Of a stretch of 64,000 bases of DNA, positions 40,395-50,548 are shown piece after piece (positions within the stretch are counted from its first letter, which is position 1; each line of letters opens with the position of its first letter). The notes under the pieces are model-generated. The model searched no databases and was not told where the DNA came from. It saw only the letters and a program-made list of their open reading frames with translations. Source of the stretch: Candidatus Kaiserbacteria bacterium (GTDB lineage Bacteria; Patescibacteriota; Minisyncoccia; Phycocordibacterales; UBA918); NCBI GenBank assembly GCA_019634005.1, contig JAHQWD010000003.1:240539-304538 (forward strand), in the 5' to 3' direction. A program made the translations under genes and the position numbers.

Positions 40395-41783
40395 TTATGT
40401 CGAACGTTTGATAATACGACGAATGACCCGTCGAAGATAGTGGTCGAATGATTCACTTGGAGAATACACAATGCCCTGCTCATTTCGCCACGCATTTGCA
40501 TAATCGCGGATGGAGAGCACGACATCTTTTTGTGCACCTTCAAAGTGTCCTGCGATCACATCAAACATGATCATATTCTTAAGTCTCTGGAAGAGCGGAT
40601 GCTCTTTTCCACCAGGACCTCTCCCGAAAATCTTTTTCTCGCCACGGAATATACTCCAGTCTCTCAGCAACTGATCCATACCCTCTTCAATCTCTGGGGT
40701 GTAGAGGTCATCGGTAACACCCTTTGGAACGGTTGTCGCATCAGCACCTTCTATGTCTGGTGTCACAAATGGCTTTTTCGGCTCCGTCTTCTTGAGTGTC
40801 TCTTCTATATCACCTTCCACCTCTTCTGCTGTGAAGATCTTCTTCTGAGGCTTTGGAGTCTCCACTTTCAAAGGAGCCTTCTGTGGTGGTTCAGACTTCT
40901 TCTCCTCTTTTACAACAGGTGGTGGTTCCTTCACCCGCTCAATATTCTTTTCCTTTGCCGCTCGTATGCGTTCATCCAGAGATGAGATGGTATGCTCTTG
41001 TTCAACAACAGGCTCTGGTTTCTTTTCAGGAATAGGAGGTGGAGCAGGTTTCTCTTCCACTTTTGGAGAAGGTGCTGGCTGTGGCGGTTCGGACTTCTTC
41101 TCTTTTTGCACGATTGGCTGCGCCTTTGGTTGTCCCACTTTTATCTCTAACACCTGTTTATATGCACCCTCGAGTGCCTGCATGGACTGTCGGAGTGTCC
41201 CTGGTGCAGTACCACTCACTGACTTCATCGCAGAGAGTAGTGCTTGCATGTACGCACGTCCTACAGTCTCGTTCTCAGAGACTAGCGTTACTGGATTCCC
41301 TACGTACTCTGTTACCGCATGCTTGATCTCTGCAATACGCTCTTTTGCTTCCTCAGTGGACATCAGCTCTCCTACAGGAGCTGGCTGTGGCGATGTCTTC
41401 GGTTCAGGTTTCTTCTCTTCTTCTACAACAGGTGGTGGTTCTGGAGCCTCTTCCTTTTTAGGAGCTGGCTCTACAGATTCTTCTTCAGCCATCGGAAGAT
41501 TGCCTGGAGGTGCTACGTGCTTTTGTACTCCTTCTTTCTCTTCTGGTTGTGGTGCAGGCTTTTCTTCTGTCTTTGGCGCCATGTCTTCAAATCCAGGAAG
41601 GAGTTCCTCAATCCGAACACGTAATGTTGCGTCTGTTCCTCCACTTTGCGCATAGCGTAAAACACTATCGCGAAACTCTGCATACGTTTCCGAATCCATA
41701 TTGGCATCTCTTCCCGCTTGAAGAACCTTGGTTAGCCCTTGCCAACTCTGCATATCAAAAGTGCCGGTAGACGCGTCTCCCAT
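40395..41783 (-). CDS. Hypothetical protein with P/E/K-rich linkers
   Basis: 462-aa ORF with a leaderless-type promoter. Confidence 0.75.
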   Translation of the reverse strand: MGDASTGTFDMQSWQGLTKVLQAGRDANMDSETYAEFRDSVLRYAQSGGTDATLRVRIEELLPGFEDMAPKTEEKPAPQPEEKEGVQKHVAPPGNLPMAEEESVEPAPKKEEAPEPPPVVEEEKKPEPKTSPQPAPVGELMSTEEAKERIAEIKHAVTEYVGNPVTLVSENETVGRAYMQALLSAMKSVSGTAPGTLRQSMQALEGAYKQVLEIKVGQPKAQPIVQKEKKSEPPQPAPSPKVEEKPAPPPIPEKKPEPVVEQEHTISSLDERIRAAKEKNIERVKEPPPVVKEEKKSEPPQKAPLKVETPKPQKKIFTAEEVEGDIEETLKKTEPKKPFVTPDIEGADATTVPKGVTDDLYTPEIEEGMDQLLRDWSIFRGEKKIFGRGPGGKEHPLFQRLKNMIMFDVIAGHFEGAQKDVVLSIRDYANAWRNEQGIVYSPSESFDHYLRRVIRRIIKRST

Positions 41784-41842
41784 AATATGGTCATTGTACC
41801 ACCTCTACTTCTGCATCGTATGAGAGACTCCGTTGATAACAA

Positions 41843-42751
41843 CTATTTCTTTTGCGCAATATGTCGCGCAACCTGATCCACATATGCTCCGAGTGTCATA
41901 GAAACATTTGCAGGAACGACTCGGTTAGACTCATTCACCCAATCAATCCATCCGTTCCATTCTTTCTGTGTTATACCGAAGTCATCAAGCTTTGCGGTGT
42001 GCGCATCAGGAGAAAGTCGCTCAATCTCAATGATCTCAGCAAGTGGCATCTTCTCTATCTTTGCAAGTCCTGCATCGTCATCCCCAAGTGAGCCAAAGAT
42101 ACCATCAAGAAATCCCTGGGAACTCTTCCCTACACGTTCGATAATAGATTGTCGTACTTTCTCTGCAGTTCCTCCCTGTATTGGCTTCTGTGGTATTGGT
42201 TTCGCAGCTTTCTTTTGTTCTACAGACTTCTCAGATTTCTTTGGAGTTACGTTCGGTGACTTTGACTTTTCTTCCTTTTTCTTCACCTCCACCTTCTTTT
42301 GTGTAGGTGCTGGTTTTGTAAATTTTGGTTTTGGTTTTATGCGAACACCGAGTGTCTGTGGTTTTCGAACAGCAAGATCGTCTTCCCGCGGTGCCGTTGG
42401 ATGTTTGTCTTTGTACACCGTGAGATCCTGCTCCTTCTCTTCTTCGGGCTCTGGAGTTGAGATTTTCTGTGATGGAGTGCCATTTAGTGTCTCAACAGAC
42501 GCCACAAACTCCTGCCACAGACGATACCGCATTGCCAACACCTCTGGTGCAAGTGCGGGCATGGAGATGGCATGCTCTATCTCCTCAATGAACCGCTGTT
42601 GAAGATCTCTATTTCGAAAGTATGCAGACCACATTGGTAGTTTCCTATCCATTGAGGATGCTTCTGCTCTTACCGCAAGTGTTGCAAAAGTGCTCTTGAG
42701 AGTTGCTCCTCCCGTTTCTATATCTTTTTTAAAGTCTTCAACAGTCTGCAT
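41843..42751 (-). CDS. Hypothetical protein with K/P/E-rich linker
   Basis: ORF; start 42751 after TGcTATACT. Confidence 0.7.
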   Translation of the reverse strand: MQTVEDFKKDIETGGATLKSTFATLAVRAEASSMDRKLPMWSAYFRNRDLQQRFIEEIEHAISMPALAPEVLAMRYRLWQEFVASVETLNGTPSQKISTPEPEEEKEQDLTVYKDKHPTAPREDDLAVRKPQTLGVRIKPKPKFTKPAPTQKKVEVKKKEEKSKSPNVTPKKSEKSVEQKKAAKPIPQKPIQGGTAEKVRQSIIERVGKSSQGFLDGIFGSLGDDDAGLAKIEKMPLAEIIEIERLSPDAHTAKLDDFGITQKEWNGWIDWVNESNRVVPANVSMTLGAYVDQVARHIAQKK

Positions 42752-42843
42752 GATATAGAAAGTATAGCAAACACTTGCAGTGAGAAGGTGGAGATATCCA
42801 TAAAAAGAAAACGCCCACACGGAGCGATTTCCGCGTGAGCACT

Positions 42844-43380
42844 TTAGGCACGTATCAACTCCTGGGGGTCAACTCCCTCCGAGAAATAGACACCGTGCTC
42901 CGTATACCACCCCTGATGTTTGGTGAGGTAGTCAGGATGTTCTCTGTATTCAGGGTTCCGAGTCCAACCGTTCATGATGAGATTGTCCGCCGTCACGATC
43001 CTGTAGCCGAAATGCACGAGAGATTGTGCCGTCTCCAGGACACAAAAGCTTGCGCTCATGCCAGTCAGGATGAGTGTATCGATCCCAAAATGAGCTAGCC
43101 AGAGCTGACTGGTTAGATTGTCGAGACCGTCTTCACCCCGCTTTGAAAGAATAGCGACATTGGAAGCGTCCCGATCGATTTCTCTGTTCAGGACATCAAT
43201 CATTGAACCGTACTCTCTCGTCTCCATAAGAAAAAGCGGTGTCTTTGTCTTCATGCACTCCTGCACAAGACATATCTGTGACTCGACAAGCGTCTCGTAA
43301 TCAGAATCTGAGAGACGATCGACAAACCCCTCTTGCATATCGATGAGGGCGACCCCCACACCATTATTTTGGAATTCCAT
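42844..43380 (-). CDS. Isochorismatase/cysteine hydrolase family protein
   Basis: IDMQ..F, K, G..ASFCV..TA; own TTGACA promoter and SD. Confidence 0.85.
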   Translation of the reverse strand: MEFQNNGVGVALIDMQEGFVDRLSDSDYETLVESQICLVQECMKTKTPLFLMETREYGSMIDVLNREIDRDASNVAILSKRGEDGLDNLTSQLWLAHFGIDTLILTGMSASFCVLETAQSLVHFGYRIVTADNLIMNGWTRNPEYREHPDYLTKHQGWYTEHGVYFSEGVDPQELIRA

Positions 43381-43449
43381 GAGTTACCCCCTTCTGTAAT
43401 ATGATGCAATCCGCAAGAGAGAATACCTTACATAATCAATATGTCAACT

Positions 43450-44463
43450 CTACCGTTTCGCCACAATAGTCCGCTTATATGTATCCAAATGCTCAAGAGC
43501 AATTCCTGTCCCCTTCGCGACACAGAAGAGCGCTTGATTCGCCAATACCGCTTTCACTCCTGTTCTTCTTTTCACCAATTCTGGAAAGTTCCGTAGTTGT
43601 GATGTTCCTCCAGTGAGAATAATGCCGTGGTCAATAATGTCAGACGCAAGCTCTGGTGGTGTGTCTTGAAATACTTCCTTGATTGCTTTAATCATCTCGC
43701 GGAGCTCCTTGGAAATAGCCCGTACAATTTCATTTGTCTTTACCTCTGCAGTCTTCGGGAGACCAGTAAGGATATCTCTTCCTTTAATATCCATAGCAAG
43801 CTCCTCCTCTACAGGAAGTGCAGACCCCACCTGTATCTTTACCTCTTCTGCAGTCTTCTCTCCAATAGCAATATTTCGCGTCCGCTTAATGTACTCGATG
43901 ATCGCCGCATCCAATTTGTTTCCCGCCACTCGCACAGAGTTTGCAGCCACAATCCCCCCGAGAGAGATGACGGCTGCATCAATGGTTCCCCCTCCAATAT
44001 CGACAATAAGGTGTCCTTGTGGCTCGTAAATCGGGAGGCCTGCACCGATCGCGGCAAGGATCGGCTCTTTCACCACGTACGCATTCTTCGCCCCCGCTTT
44101 TACTGCTGCCTCTACCACCGCACGCTTCTCGGTGGAAGATACTCCCGCAGGTACAGAGACCAGCACATCTGGTTTAAAGATATTCCAGGTGCCTAAAGAT
44201 TCTTTAAGAAAGTATCGAAGCATTGCCTCGGTCACACGATAGTCTGCAATCACTCCGTCTTTCATTGGGCGGTATGCACGAATCGCGTCTGGGGTCTTAC
44301 CGATCATACGCTTTGCCTCATTCCCCACTGCGAGGATCTGGTTGTCATCTGAGACTGCTACCACCGACGGCTCATGCATCACAATTCCTTTGCCAGGAAT
44401 GTACACCAAGACACTCGTTGTACCGAGATCTATCCCAACTTTTGGAGTCATACCACCAAACAT
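43450..44463 (-). CDS. mreB: Second MreB/Mbl-family actin homolog
   Basis: GIDLGTT, DGVIADY, DIGGGT.D, TPPEL.SDI. Confidence 0.9.
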   Translation of the reverse strand: MFGGMTPKVGIDLGTTSVLVYIPGKGIVMHEPSVVAVSDDNQILAVGNEAKRMIGKTPDAIRAYRPMKDGVIADYRVTEAMLRYFLKESLGTWNIFKPDVLVSVPAGVSSTEKRAVVEAAVKAGAKNAYVVKEPILAAIGAGLPIYEPQGHLIVDIGGGTIDAAVISLGGIVAANSVRVAGNKLDAAIIEYIKRTRNIAIGEKTAEEVKIQVGSALPVEEELAMDIKGRDILTGLPKTAEVKTNEIVRAISKELREMIKAIKEVFQDTPPELASDIIDHGIILTGGTSQLRNFPELVKRRTGVKAVLANQALFCVAKGTGIALEHLDTYKRTIVAKR

Positions 44464-44531
44464 AGTCTCCTTATGGTAGCGGGTTTGTGGGTAAGGTGCA
44501 ATGGGGACAGAGAGCGTGGTATCATACCCGC

Positions 44532-45854
44532 ATGAACCCAGAAAAATCCGCACACCCCGTGAATCTCAGTATCACTGGAGGAAAAAAATTGAAAGGAACT
44601 GTTGTTACCAATACATCAAAAAATGGTGCGGTAGGACTCCTCTGTGCCTCACTTCTTAATAGTGGCACAACGACACTTCGGAAGATGCCGAAGATTGAAG
44701 AGGTGTATCGCATCATTGAAGTCCTTGAGAGTATTGGGGTAACAGTGACCTGGCATGACTCTGATATCGTCATCGATGTACCAGAGGAAATGGATCTGAA
44801 AGGTATCGATGTCGAAGCAGCACGACGTACTCGCAGTATTGTGATGTTCCTTGGACCACTCATGCACCGCATGAAGAAGTTCTCCCTTCCCCAGTCAGGC
44901 GGATGTAAGCTTGGGAGCCGTACGGTGCGTCCACACTTCTATGCACTCGAGAACTTTGGTGTCTCTATCAAAACAACCGATGACGCGTTTGAGGTCGTCT
45001 CAAAACCAAAAGATGCTCACGAGATAGTGCTCTATGAATCGGGAGACACGGTCACTGAGAATGCACTTATGGCAGCAGCACTCACTCCAAGTACCACCGT
45101 CATTAAGTATGCTTCTGCAAACTATATGGTGCAGGAACTTTGTGCATTCCTCCGTCTCTTTGGTGTGCAGATAGATGGTATTGGTACCACAACACTTACG
45201 GTTACTGGCGTTGAAGAGATTCACATGGATGTTGAATACACACTCGCAGAAGATCCAACTGACACTATGTTCTTCCTTACTGCAGCCATTGTGACTGGAT
45301 CTGAGATCACGATTGAGCGCTGTCCAATAGAGTTCTTGGAGTTGGAACTCTTGAAGCTAGAAAAGATGGGATTCCAATATGACACCTCTGATATTTATCT
45401 TGCACACAACGGTCTTACAAAACTAGTAGACATCACAACACGTACATCTAAACTTCGTGCACTTACAGAAAAGGTGTACTCTCGTCCCTATCCAGGTCTC
45501 AATGCAGATAACCTTCCCTTCTTCGCTGTCATCGCGACACAAGTAGAAGGACAGACCCTTATTCACGACTGGATGTACGAAAAGCGTGCTATCTATTTCA
45601 CCGAGTTAGACAAACTTGGTGCAGACACCGTCCTTGCAGACCCGCACCGTATTTATATAAATGGACCAACGGAACTTCACTCCAATGAACTTGTCTGTCC
45701 TCCCGCACTCCGTCCTGCCACCATCCTCCTTATCGGCATGCTTGGTGCTGATGGCCACTCTGTGCTTCGCAACATCTATTCCATCAATCGTGGGTACGAA
45801 GGACTCGTAGAGCGATTAACTGCACTGGGTGCTGAGATTACGTATTTGGCGTAG
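44532..45854 (+). CDS. murA: UDP-N-acetylglucosamine 1-carboxyvinyltransferase
   Basis: SKN, GGCKLG.R.V..H, TENALMAA, PYPG...D, RGYE. Confidence 0.93.
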   Translation: MNPEKSAHPVNLSITGGKKLKGTVVTNTSKNGAVGLLCASLLNSGTTTLRKMPKIEEVYRIIEVLESIGVTVTWHDSDIVIDVPEEMDLKGIDVEAARRTRSIVMFLGPLMHRMKKFSLPQSGGCKLGSRTVRPHFYALENFGVSIKTTDDAFEVVSKPKDAHEIVLYESGDTVTENALMAAALTPSTTVIKYASANYMVQELCAFLRLFGVQIDGIGTTTLTVTGVEEIHMDVEYTLAEDPTDTMFFLTAAIVTGSEITIERCPIEFLELELLKLEKMGFQYDTSDIYLAHNGLTKLVDITTRTSKLRALTEKVYSRPYPGLNADNLPFFAVIATQVEGQTLIHDWMYEKRAIYFTELDKLGADTVLADPHRIYINGPTELHSNELVCPPALRPATILLIGMLGADGHSVLRNIYSINRGYEGLVERLTALGAEITYLA

Positions 45855-45855
45855 A

Positions 45856-45910
45856 TTGACAAATAACATTTAGATAGTATAATAAGCGCAGCTTCAAGAA
45901 CAAGAGGAGG
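45856..45910 (+). promoter_or_regulatory. Sigma70 promoter and SD of the orphan gene
   Basis: TTGACA-16-TATAAT; GAGGAGG. Confidence 0.8.
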
Positions 45911-45915
45911 CTTTC

Positions 45916-46368
45916 ATGTCTGAATTCGAAGCATTCAAAAAGACTCTCTCTTGTCTTGAATTATTGACAAGAAGGGGTTACTTTCTACACGGATCACAGA
46001 TTGGCGACATCGAACAACTAACGCCGCGACAGGCCTGTGACCTCTCACGAAAAGAGGAAAACAACCTGTGCGCAGTGTATGCGGTCCGCGCAGTACAAGT
46101 TCCTATTGTTCGAGCATTGATGGCTGGCCGAGGAACAACTTCGTGGAGAGGTAACGACGACTACCTCAGTGTTACCGGCAATCGAACTTTTGCTCCTGGG
46201 TGGGTATACGTACTTCCCGGAGACACGTTTGAGAAGCATGGGCAGGAATGGGTTTCTTTTCGTCCTGTTCGTCCGATTATGACCGTACCCGTTACCCCAA
46301 CAGCACTTCGCGTTCTTGTCGAACGTGGCACCTTACATCTTCAGATACCGATACCGGCTCCCTGGTGA
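45916..46368 (+). CDS. Hypothetical protein, possible ADP-ribosyltransferase-like fold
   Basis: FLHGS...L.PRQA...VYA...GWVYVLP..TF...EWVS. Confidence 0.6.
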   Translation: MSEFEAFKKTLSCLELLTRRGYFLHGSQIGDIEQLTPRQACDLSRKEENNLCAVYAVRAVQVPIVRALMAGRGTTSWRGNDDYLSVTGNRTFAPGWVYVLPGDTFEKHGQEWVSFRPVRPIMTVPVTPTALRVLVERGTLHLQIPIPAPW

Positions 46369-46424
46369 GCCGGTATCACACCGAGTCGCATTCTGCGGCT
46401 TTTTTCATTTGCTACAATACCTCT

Positions 46425-48299
46425 ATGTTTGTCATAGAGGTAATTCCACTGAAGCGCGGCGTCCATATAGAGTCTCTTTCATATTTCTCAAGTGTCGCGT
46501 ACCCACGCGGCACCATCATCTCTATTCCTCTTCGCAATAAAGAGGCTTCTGGCATTGTTATAGACAGCAAGGAAGTGAGCGGTGCAAAAGCAGCACTTCG
46601 TGCCGCGACGTTCTCTTTACGAAAACTCCCGACACAGGAAGACACAAAAGCACTCTCCCCCGCTTTCATCGAGACTGCCTATGAGCTCGCGGACTTGTAC
46701 GCTGCGAGTCCTGGAGCGGTTATGTACCAACTGCTTCCACCTGCGGTACGTGAAGGAGAGGTTCCACTTCCACATACCCATGAAAGTACAAACGAGACTC
46801 CTGATGCACCACAGGTACTGCAGGCAACGACCGACGAACGGTTTCTCGCATATCGTTCTCTTGTTCGGGAGACATTCGCACATGCAGGATCGGTGCTCCT
46901 TGTTGTTCCAACTGCCGCACAAGCAGTTGATGCAAAAGAGCGGCTTTCCAAAGGGATACAAGATCGTGTGATCGTATTGTCTACGGCACTGACAAAAAAA
47001 CAACGAGAAAAAGCATATGCTGCACTTGAAGATTTTTGTAAACCAAAACTTATTATTGCAACTAGTAGCTACGCGATGCTTGAGCGACACGATATTACGA
47101 CTGTTGTTATTGAAAACGCATATTCTCATAATTATCGTGACCGTACACGTCCCTACCTCGATACAAGGCAAGTACTCAAGATACACGCGAGAGAAAGTAA
47201 ACGACAACTTATCCTTGGAGATATACTCCCGCGCACTGAGGAAGAGATCTTTCGACGAGATGAGACCTATGCAACGTTCGGTGAACATGCAAAAAGACTC
47301 TCGCTTCCTGGAAAACTTGTCGTCGTAGAGATGAAGGACAAACCGCATGGAGACACCCCGTTCACACTCTTCTCTCGCAAGGCATTAAATGCGATTCGAA
47401 GGACTCTGGATGAGAAAGGTCATGTCTTCCTCTTTGCGCCACGAAGAGGTATCGCGCCCGTTGTTGCCTGTCTAGACTGTGGGTTCATCTTTCGAGATCC
47501 CGAAAGTGGCGCTCCCTATTCTCTTCTGGAACAAGGGGGTAAACGCTGGTTTGTCTCAGGTGTCTCTGGTACACGCGTCCGTGCTGCAGACACCTGTCCG
47601 GAATGTACGGGATGGAGATTGAAAGAACGCGGTATCGGTATCCAGCATATACACAAAGAACTCTCTGCACTCCTTCCAGATGTGCCAATTACGCTCTTTG
47701 ACCACACCTCCGCAAACACCTTCAAAAAAGCGAACTTCCTTATCGACACCTTCTACAAAAAGAAAGGGTCTATCATGATCGGAACACCTATGGTATTCCC
47801 CTATCTTCGTGAACCTGTCGACACCAGCATCATTGTGAATACCGATGCACTCCGTGCGACACCAACATGGAGAGTGCAGGAGGAGATTCTCTGGACACTC
47901 CTCTTCTTGCGTGAGAAGACAAACGGGACGGTCCTTGTGCAGACACGCATGGAGCCAGACGAGCTTATTGAATCTGCACGTACAGGATCTGTGGATTCTT
48001 TCTATACCGAAGAACAGGCGCTTCGCAAACAGTTCAAGTATCCTCCTTACGCACACTTCATTCATCTCACGTGGCAAGGGACACGTGCACAGACTGAGCA
48101 GATACGGACACAAATTGAAGCAGAGTTCATCATGTATGAACCGCTTCTTTACAAGGCTCCGACTTTTGGCAAAAACGTAACGGAATATGCACTCATCAGA
48201 AGACCAACAAAAGACTGGCCAGATTCTCGACTCCTCGCACTCTTGCGCAATCTACCACCCTCAGTACGGATTGTGATGAATCCAGATCGGATTGTTTGA
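46425..48299 (+). CDS. priA: Primosomal protein N' (PriA), degenerate helicase
   Basis: PriA N-terminus, RRG.A..V.C..CG, CP.C, G.G, IGT, VLVQT, R....YPP; upstream of def-fmt. Confidence 0.85.
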   Translation: MFVIEVIPLKRGVHIESLSYFSSVAYPRGTIISIPLRNKEASGIVIDSKEVSGAKAALRAATFSLRKLPTQEDTKALSPAFIETAYELADLYAASPGAVMYQLLPPAVREGEVPLPHTHESTNETPDAPQVLQATTDERFLAYRSLVRETFAHAGSVLLVVPTAAQAVDAKERLSKGIQDRVIVLSTALTKKQREKAYAALEDFCKPKLIIATSSYAMLERHDITTVVIENAYSHNYRDRTRPYLDTRQVLKIHARESKRQLILGDILPRTEEEIFRRDETYATFGEHAKRLSLPGKLVVVEMKDKPHGDTPFTLFSRKALNAIRRTLDEKGHVFLFAPRRGIAPVVACLDCGFIFRDPESGAPYSLLEQGGKRWFVSGVSGTRVRAADTCPECTGWRLKERGIGIQHIHKELSALLPDVPITLFDHTSANTFKKANFLIDTFYKKKGSIMIGTPMVFPYLREPVDTSIIVNTDALRATPTWRVQEEILWTLLFLREKTNGTVLVQTRMEPDELIESARTGSVDSFYTEEQALRKQFKYPPYAHFIHLTWQGTRAQTEQIRTQIEAEFIMYEPLLYKAPTFGKNVTEYALIRRPTKDWPDSRLLALLRNLPPSVRIVMNPDRIV

Positions 48300-48326
48300 C
48301 GCAACACTATTTGATACAGTTACCAT

Positions 48327-48866
48327 ATGGCAAAACTCGTAGAACAGAGTCACGAAGCACTCCACCGCATAGCGGACGAAGTGCCCGTGGAGGAGATACC
48401 CTCTCCAAAGATACAGAAGGTGCTGAAGGATATGGAGTCTGCATTGAAGTCATATAACGCGCAAGGATTTGTGGGTGTTGCAATTGCTGCACCACAGATC
48501 GGTATTCCCCTTCGTATATTTCTTGTAAAGGATATGAGCACCGACCGCTCTGACGAAGAGAAGATCCCGACACTTGTGGCAATCAATCCAAAAATCATTA
48601 AGACGTCCAAGAAGAAATCTATTGTAGGTGAAGGATGTCTCTCGGTGCCAGACCACTATGGTGCTGTTGAGCGTGCGCATCAAGCGACTATTCGTGCATA
48701 CGATGAAAATGGAAATGAATATGAGCGCGGTGGATCAGGTCTTCTTGCACAGATTTTCCAACATGAGTGCGACCATCTCGACGGGACTCTCTTTGTCGAT
48801 CGTGCAGAGAAGGTATGGAGCAAAGATGAGATGGAAAAGCATAACCTTCGCGAAGCACATGAGTAA
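48327..48866 (+). CDS. def: Peptide deformylase
   Basis: GVAIAAPQIG, EGCLSVP, QHECDHLDG. Confidence 0.97.
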   Translation: MAKLVEQSHEALHRIADEVPVEEIPSPKIQKVLKDMESALKSYNAQGFVGVAIAAPQIGIPLRIFLVKDMSTDRSDEEKIPTLVAINPKIIKTSKKKSIVGEGCLSVPDHYGAVERAHQATIRAYDENGNEYERGGSGLLAQIFQHECDHLDGTLFVDRAEKVWSKDEMEKHNLREAHE

Positions 48867-49686
48867 CTTTGTATTTTTTGGCACCCCATACGTAGCGAGT
48901 GAGACACTGTCTCACCTGATTGAAGCGGGATTTACTCCTTCTCTTGTGGTCACCAATCCAGATGCACGGCGTGGGCGTGGTATGGAGCTACACCCTTCTC
49001 CTGTGAAAGTACTTGCAGAGGAATACAATATTCCAGTACTAACTCCAGAGAAGTTGGATGAGGATACACAAAAAGAGATTCTTTTGGGTAATCCAGAGTA
49101 TGCGATTGTGGTTGCATACGGAAAAATATTCCCTGAGGAGTTAATCAATGCCTTTCCTAGAGGAGTGCTGAACGTACACTATTCCCTACTCCCAAAGTAT
49201 CGTGGTGCAACACCAACAGAAGCAGCGCTTCTTCATGGGGATGCAGTCACTGGTGTCACTGTACAGAAGATGGTGAAAGAACTGGATGCAGGAGATGTCA
49301 TCGCACAGAGAGAGATTCCTATTGATCCTCTGGAGACCACCCTGGAACTTCGTCCGCGCCTCATTACACTCGGCGCAGAACTTCTGGTGGAGACGCTTCC
49401 GAAATATCTCGACGGAAGCATCACTCCAATCGCACAAGATCATAGTAAGGCAACGAAGTGTGGGAAGTTCACAAAGTCGGATGGTCTTTTGGATTTAGAT
49501 GCACCTGCTATCGAAAACTGGAATAAATATAGAGCGTACAAAGAGTGGCCAGGTACGTATTTCTTTAAAGGAGACAAGCGCGTGAAAATAACTGACGCAA
49601 CCCTTACTCCCAACGGAGTATTTCAGATACTGAAGGTAATTCCTGAGGGGAAAAAGGAGGTGGACTACGCTACTTTCCAAACCTAA
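48859..49686 (+). CDS. fmt: Methionyl-tRNA formyltransferase
   Basis: FFGTP, VVAYGKI, NVH.SLLPKYRGA.P, LDAGD. Confidence 0.96.
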   Translation: MSNFVFFGTPYVASETLSHLIEAGFTPSLVVTNPDARRGRGMELHPSPVKVLAEEYNIPVLTPEKLDEDTQKEILLGNPEYAIVVAYGKIFPEELINAFPRGVLNVHYSLLPKYRGATPTEAALLHGDAVTGVTVQKMVKELDAGDVIAQREIPIDPLETTLELRPRLITLGAELLVETLPKYLDGSITPIAQDHSKATKCGKFTKSDGLLDLDAPAIENWNKYRAYKEWPGTYFFKGDKRVKITDATLTPNGVFQILKVIPEGKKEVDYATFQT

Positions 49687-50032
49687 GCATATTCTTTAGT
49701 CTTGCACCCCCTTTCCGTATTGCAGTGCGTACTTTGTTATTCGCTCTGCGGAGTTCTCGATCCATTTCGTTTTTTACCTCGTCGATAGATTTCTCAATCT
49801 GATCAGTCGTTGCTTCAGCGCGATACATCTTCCCATGGAAACGTACGTTAGCCTCTGCGCGATAAATGTCACCGCTCTGGCTTCCCGTCATCTTTTCAAG
49901 TTCAATATCGCAAGTAATATCGGTCTCATCTCCGATATGTTTTTCAAGTGTTGAGAACTTCTGTTCTATTAGTGACCGAAGCGTATCGGTTACTTCCATA
50001 CTGGTACCTTTGATATGTGTGATTGGAAACAT
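49670..50032 (-). CDS. hpf: Ribosome hibernation promoting factor (RaiA/HPF)
   Basis: I.G...EVTD.LR..IE.K...L; AE....SID....L.R.L. Confidence 0.85.
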   Translation of the reverse strand: MFPITHIKGTSMEVTDTLRSLIEQKFSTLEKHIGDETDITCDIELEKMTGSQSGDIYRAEANVRFHGKMYRAEATTDQIEKSIDEVKNEMDRELRRANNKVRTAIRKGGARLKNMLRFGK

Positions 50033-50040
50033 AATGTGAT

Positions 50041-50265
50041 TTAGTTAACGTCTATATCAAACATCTTTATTGGTGACCGATGTCCAGTCACCATCTGCAC
50101 CTTCCCTTCTGGCATACCCAGCGTGTCCGCCAAGAGTGTGCGTACACGGCGGTTGGCAAGATTTCGTTCCGCAGGTTCTTTTACCTGCATCTCAAAACGC
50201 GTATCCGAGAGTTTCGTAACCTTTTCTTTCTTTGCCGATGGAATAACGGTTACGCGTATGTACAT
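50041..50265 (-). CDS. DUF167/YggU family protein
   Basis: V.V.P.AKK...VKEPA..N.AN...G..S..K. Confidence 0.88.
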   Translation of the reverse strand: MYIRVTVIPSAKKEKVTKLSDTRFEMQVKEPAERNLANRRVRTLLADTLGMPEGKVQMVTGHRSPIKMFDIDVN

Positions 50266-50513
50266 TATACCGTGTCCTTAGAACCGTACTGTTCTTGAAG
50301 ATACTCTGTAATGGCATCAGACTCGTACATTGACTTTCCAGTCTCTGAATCTACAAGGAATGGTTCCTGTTTCTTCCCACCAAGTGCAATGAGTTCATCC
50401 ACTACTCCTTCATCAGCGACATTCTTCTCTTCAAACTCTAAGTTGAGATCCTCAAGTTTCTTGAGTGCCATAGCAGAAAACGGACAATTAGTTCGTACGT
50501 ACAGTGTCAGCAT
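50265..50513 (-). CDS. Glutaredoxin/GST N-terminal-like protein
   Basis: CPFS, GGK.Q.P.LVD, MYES..I..YL. Confidence 0.88.
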   Translation of the reverse strand: MLTLYVRTNCPFSAMALKKLEDLNLEFEEKNVADEGVVDELIALGGKKQEPFLVDSETGKSMYESDAITEYLQEQYGSKDTV

Positions 50514-50548
50514 AAAATACGGTATTTACTTTTACCCCTCTAGTATAA

